DNA of 63,080 nt, counting the filler. It is 5 parts of 5 records of this genome, joined end to end, with 100 filler letters (N's around TTAATTAATTAA, not from the genome) between each part and the next. Parts side by side here need not be neighbours in the genome. Positions count along the whole stretch, not along the records: positions 55,009 to 63,080 come from SRR31156797_6968; 4 more parts are not named here. One strand, written 5' to 3'. A program made the position numbers and the translations under genes. The notes below the pieces were generated by a model, which searched no databases, had not been told where the DNA came from, and saw only the letters and a program-made list of their open reading frames with translations. The first letter of the stretch is position 1, and each line of letters starts with the position of its first letter. Below, piece by piece: positions 59,849-63,080 of this stretch.

Positions 59849-60386
59849 TTATTTTATAAAATACATTGTAATTGCAGGATTCTTTTTTTTCACAATAAAC
59901 CTGCATGCACAAACACTTTCATTTGATCATGGAAAAATAGAATTTTATACAGCCTCAATGTTATCAGACATTGAGGCTGCTTCAAACGAAGCAAACGTAA
60001 AACTTGATTTACAAACCGGAGAATTTGAAATATCGATCGACATAAATTCATTTGAATTTGAATATGATTTAATGAAAAAACATTTCAATGAAAAACACAT
60101 GGAGACCGACCAATTTCCAAAGGCAACTTTCAACGGCAAAATAGCACAGAGTTTATCGGAAGAAATAGAAGGTGAAAAAGAAATTGATGCTTCCGGAACA
60201 TTAACAATTCATGGAATTTCAAAAGAAATAAATGTAAAAGCAATTCTTTCGAAACAGAAGGAATTTACTGTACTTAAAGCAAAAATACTGGTAGTTTTCG
60301 ACGATTTTAATGTAGATGAACCTTCGGTGCTTTCAAAATCAATAGCAAAAGATGTTGAAGTAAAAACTAAATTATATTTAAAATAA
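59841..60386 (+). CDS. YceI-family protein
   Basis: LMKKHFNE.HMETDQFPKATF.G, GTLTIHG. Confidence 0.88.
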   Translation: MNNYFIKYIVIAGFFFFTINLHAQTLSFDHGKIEFYTASMLSDIEAASNEANVKLDLQTGEFEISIDINSFEFEYDLMKKHFNEKHMETDQFPKATFNGKIAQSLSEEIEGEKEIDASGTLTIHGISKEINVKAILSKQKEFTVLKAKILVVFDDFNVDEPSVLSKSIAKDVEVKTKLYLK

Positions 60387-60508
60387 TTACCGGCTGAAAC
60401 ATAAATTTATGTCAAATAAAGAAATCTCTTAAAATTGGCCATTCCTTTCGTAAAAATCTGTAACCCGACCAGAGTAAAGGGAAAAATTATTCTTTCAGAA
60501 TACCGATT

Positions 60509-62224
60509 TTATCCGGTAATACCCAATTGATAAGCTACCATCTCTTTTGCATTTCTCACCAACAAAATATTGTTTACCAGAACAGGGTGGTTCCATGTTT
60601 TCCCATTAATTGCATGTAATTTGCAAAGTTCTGTGTATTTGTCGGGATTAGTTTCAATAAGAGCCAATTCACCTTTTTCAGAAAGAATTAAAAGTAAATC
60701 CTGATCGGCTAGCAAAATAAGCTGACCTCCATATCGGTTTCCTCTCCATTTGCGTTCGCCATTTTCAGCATTAATACAAACTATGTTTGGTCCGTCAAAT
60801 CCAAAAATATGTGCTTTATGAATAACAAAATCGTTGAATTCAGTCCTCATCCGGGTGCTCGTCCAAACTTCTTCAGTATCCCAACCACCTGACTCCTTTA
60901 TAACTTTTAAACGTCTTATTCCTCTTTTTTGCCCTGAATTAATGAGCAATTCACCATCATATAAAACTGCAGGTTGTAAAATTCGTGTTTCAAAAGGCCA
61001 AGTATGTTTCCATAAATTGCTCCCGTCTTCAATATTAATTCCGGCAGCACCCTCTCCGGTCATAAAAATAATCTGTTGATGCTCGTCAATTGTGCATAAA
61101 TGTGCCGAACTGTAACTATCTGTAGTATCTGAACAATTCCAAATTTTATCACCTGAATTAATGTCGTAAGCAATAAGTTTTGCCGCGGCTGCTACAATAA
61201 CCTTATCATTAACAACCAGGGGAGAACAGGTAAATCCCCATCCGGAGTCTTTTACATCGGTGTCGGATGCCGAATTGGTTGACCAGATAACTGAACCATC
61301 GCCAGCATTTAAGGCATTTAAAATTCCGGTAGCACCAAGTGTAAAAACTTTTCCCTGGTGCAAAGTAGGTGTTGAACGTGGACCAGCCCCAGCATGCTGG
61401 TCATAAAATTTTGCAGAATCCTTGTGAATCCATACAGGTTCTCCGTTTAATATGTTATAACAAGAAACTATTTCAAATTCATCTCTTTGTTCCTGAGTAT
61501 AAAAGTAATTTCCCTGCACTGCAAAAGAAGAGCAACCTCCGCCAACCGGATTTCGCCAAAGTTCAGTCGGAGGAGAAACTGCCCAGTCTGTTTCAATTGC
61601 AGTTCCTTTTACAATCCCATCACGATTTGGCCCTCGAAATCCAGGCCATTCGGCTATGCTATTTACTAATATGGATGAATTAATACCTTTTTGCGTAAGA
61701 AATTTTTCATTAATAGTTGCATTCCAACGCCAGGCAAATTCAGCTTTTGCATGCCCGGAGAGCCCATTTGATTTCACAAAAAGCCAAATGCCCGATGAAA
61801 GTAAAACAATTGTAAACATTAAAACAAGCCGCATTTTTTGACGTTGCCTTTTACTTAATACTGCCCAAATCAATAATGCAAGACTTATTGATGGAACAGC
61901 ATAAACAAAAAACATTAATCCATCCATACCTGTTCGAATGGAATCGTGGCTGAATTGAGGCAAAACTAAGAGTGAAACTGCGATAATTGCTAAGGCTGTC
62001 AATTTATCTAATCGCTGTGAACGACTAAAAAATAACCACCAAATTAATAGTGCAAATCCGCCAAGCAAACTGCTAAAAACCATAATTGCTGTAGCTATGG
62101 CACCATAAACAAAATAAGGAACAATGAGCCAACAAATCCATTGAAGTAAAACAATAATAACTCCAGGCAATAATCGAATAGAATTTTCAGGATTTAAATT
62201 GTTTGTAGTAGTTGATTTTTTCAT
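60509..62224 (-). CDS. Membrane-anchored PQQ-like beta-propeller protein
   Basis: N-terminal TM helices, WPGFRGPNRDG, GPRSTP, TWNHPV. Confidence 0.85.
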   Translation of the reverse strand: MKKSTTTNNLNPENSIRLLPGVIIVLLQWICWLIVPYFVYGAIATAIMVFSSLLGGFALLIWWLFFSRSQRLDKLTALAIIAVSLLVLPQFSHDSIRTGMDGLMFFVYAVPSISLALLIWAVLSKRQRQKMRLVLMFTIVLLSSGIWLFVKSNGLSGHAKAEFAWRWNATINEKFLTQKGINSSILVNSIAEWPGFRGPNRDGIVKGTAIETDWAVSPPTELWRNPVGGGCSSFAVQGNYFYTQEQRDEFEIVSCYNILNGEPVWIHKDSAKFYDQHAGAGPRSTPTLHQGKVFTLGATGILNALNAGDGSVIWSTNSASDTDVKDSGWGFTCSPLVVNDKVIVAAAAKLIAYDINSGDKIWNCSDTTDSYSSAHLCTIDEHQQIIFMTGEGAAGINIEDGSNLWKHTWPFETRILQPAVLYDGELLINSGQKRGIRRLKVIKESGGWDTEEVWTSTRMRTEFNDFVIHKAHIFGFDGPNIVCINAENGERKWRGNRYGGQLILLADQDLLLILSEKGELALIETNPDKYTELCKLHAINGKTWNHPVLVNNILLVRNAKEMVAYQLGITG

Positions 62225-62434
62225 TTTGATTTGATAATTATTTCCCAACTGTATTCCTTTACAGCAGAGTGAATTAAAGTATTTAATTTACGATTTTTAC
62301 CGTTAAAATGAAAATAATTATGAAATCAGAAGAAATTTCAAAATAAGCATTCGTTAAGTTTTCAGTATGACAAAAGAGATGGAATGTATTCTCTAATTTT
62401 TACAAATACTTCTAACCTGCACGTTCTAAAATAT

Positions 62435-62473
62435 AAGTAGCCGTTAAAAGGATTTATCTTTTAACGGCTACTT
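62435..62473. terminator. Hairpin terminator
   Basis: AAGTAGCCGTTAAAAG-N7-CTTTTAACGGCTACTT. Confidence 0.75.
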
Positions 62474-62502
62474 TAAATAACGCTGAAAATTCAAAAAAAG
62501 CT

Positions 62503-63060
62503 TTAGTTCAGCTGAATAGTGGGATTTATTTTTTCAATCGAATTTAAATTCAAATTCAACGATTTAATAACTGCGCCAAAATCGGTTACATCAATAATGT
62601 TTTCTTTGGCAAATGCAGCCGGTAAAACGGCAATTCTAAAAATCTGATTGTCGGTTTCGGCTGGCAACAAATTATTAAAATTGGTAGTTCCTTCAAGGAA
62701 AATCTGAACATCGGCCAGGGTATAATCAAAATTATACTGAAGAACACCGTCGTTTAAAACTACCGTTTGCGGGCAAAGTCGCCAAACATCTGTTAAACCA
62801 CCATTGTTTGTTTCGGCCTGCTCCCAAAGAATATAAACCAAAACAACATCTCCATCGTAGACTTCAAAATCAGAAGGAAATCCAAAAAAATACGAGTAAT
62901 CATTTTGTGGTGTAAAGTAAATCGGTTCAGTTTCAAAAATACTTCCGATCTCTGCATCCATGCCAGGAAGTCCATCATATCCCGGTGGTCCTATTGGACC
63001 TTCACAAGAAATAACTAAACTAATAATTGCTACTAATAAAAGGCTTTTAATTGTTTTCAT
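62503..63060 (-). CDS. Lipoprotein with short collagen-like repeat
   Basis: Lipobox VISC followed by GPIGPPGYDGLPG. Confidence 0.8.
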   Translation of the reverse strand: MKTIKSLLLVAIISLVISCEGPIGPPGYDGLPGMDAEIGSIFETEPIYFTPQNDYSYFFGFPSDFEVYDGDVVLVYILWEQAETNNGGLTDVWRLCPQTVVLNDGVLQYNFDYTLADVQIFLEGTTNFNNLLPAETDNQIFRIAVLPAAFAKENIIDVTDFGAVIKSLNLNLNSIEKINPTIQLN

Positions 63061-63080
63061 GACTTATAGATTTTGATTGT

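Overview
This window is not one locus. It is five unrelated contigs joined by 100-nt N/TTAATTAATTAA spacers at 22904-23003, 32983-33082, 42696-42795 and 54909-55008. (1) 1-22903: a GC-rich, probably alphaproteobacterial, LacI-controlled catabolic cluster. It holds TRAP and sugar ABC transporters, several CoA-transferase-fold proteins, two ThDP enzymes, a double-hotdog protein, two enolase-superfamily enzymes, an atypical FSA/transaldolase and two kinases. One tandem operator is repeated at three promoters. (2) 23004-32982: Methanosarcinales-like archaeal housekeeping genes (leuC, hisE, NOG1, hxlB, oapAB-like, phoU-like), plus a candidate small RNA and a candidate oriC. (3) 33083-42695: a low-GC anaerobe, probably Fusobacteriota-like, with a WYL regulator, a double-transmitter hybrid kinase, a duplicated hairpin+small-membrane-gene unit, and larBEC with an ECF ATPase. 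(4) 42796-54908: a five-gene putative anti-phage operon. It comprises a C5-cytosine methyltransferase, two unknown genes, a 1807-aa DruE-like SF2 helicase with DUF1998, and a further unknown gene. It resembles Druantia but does not obviously fit a described type, and it is the best candidate for an undescribed system. (5) 55009-63080: Bacteroidota genes including an OprC-like TonB receptor. All family and taxon assignments come from motif reading and recall; no searches were run.
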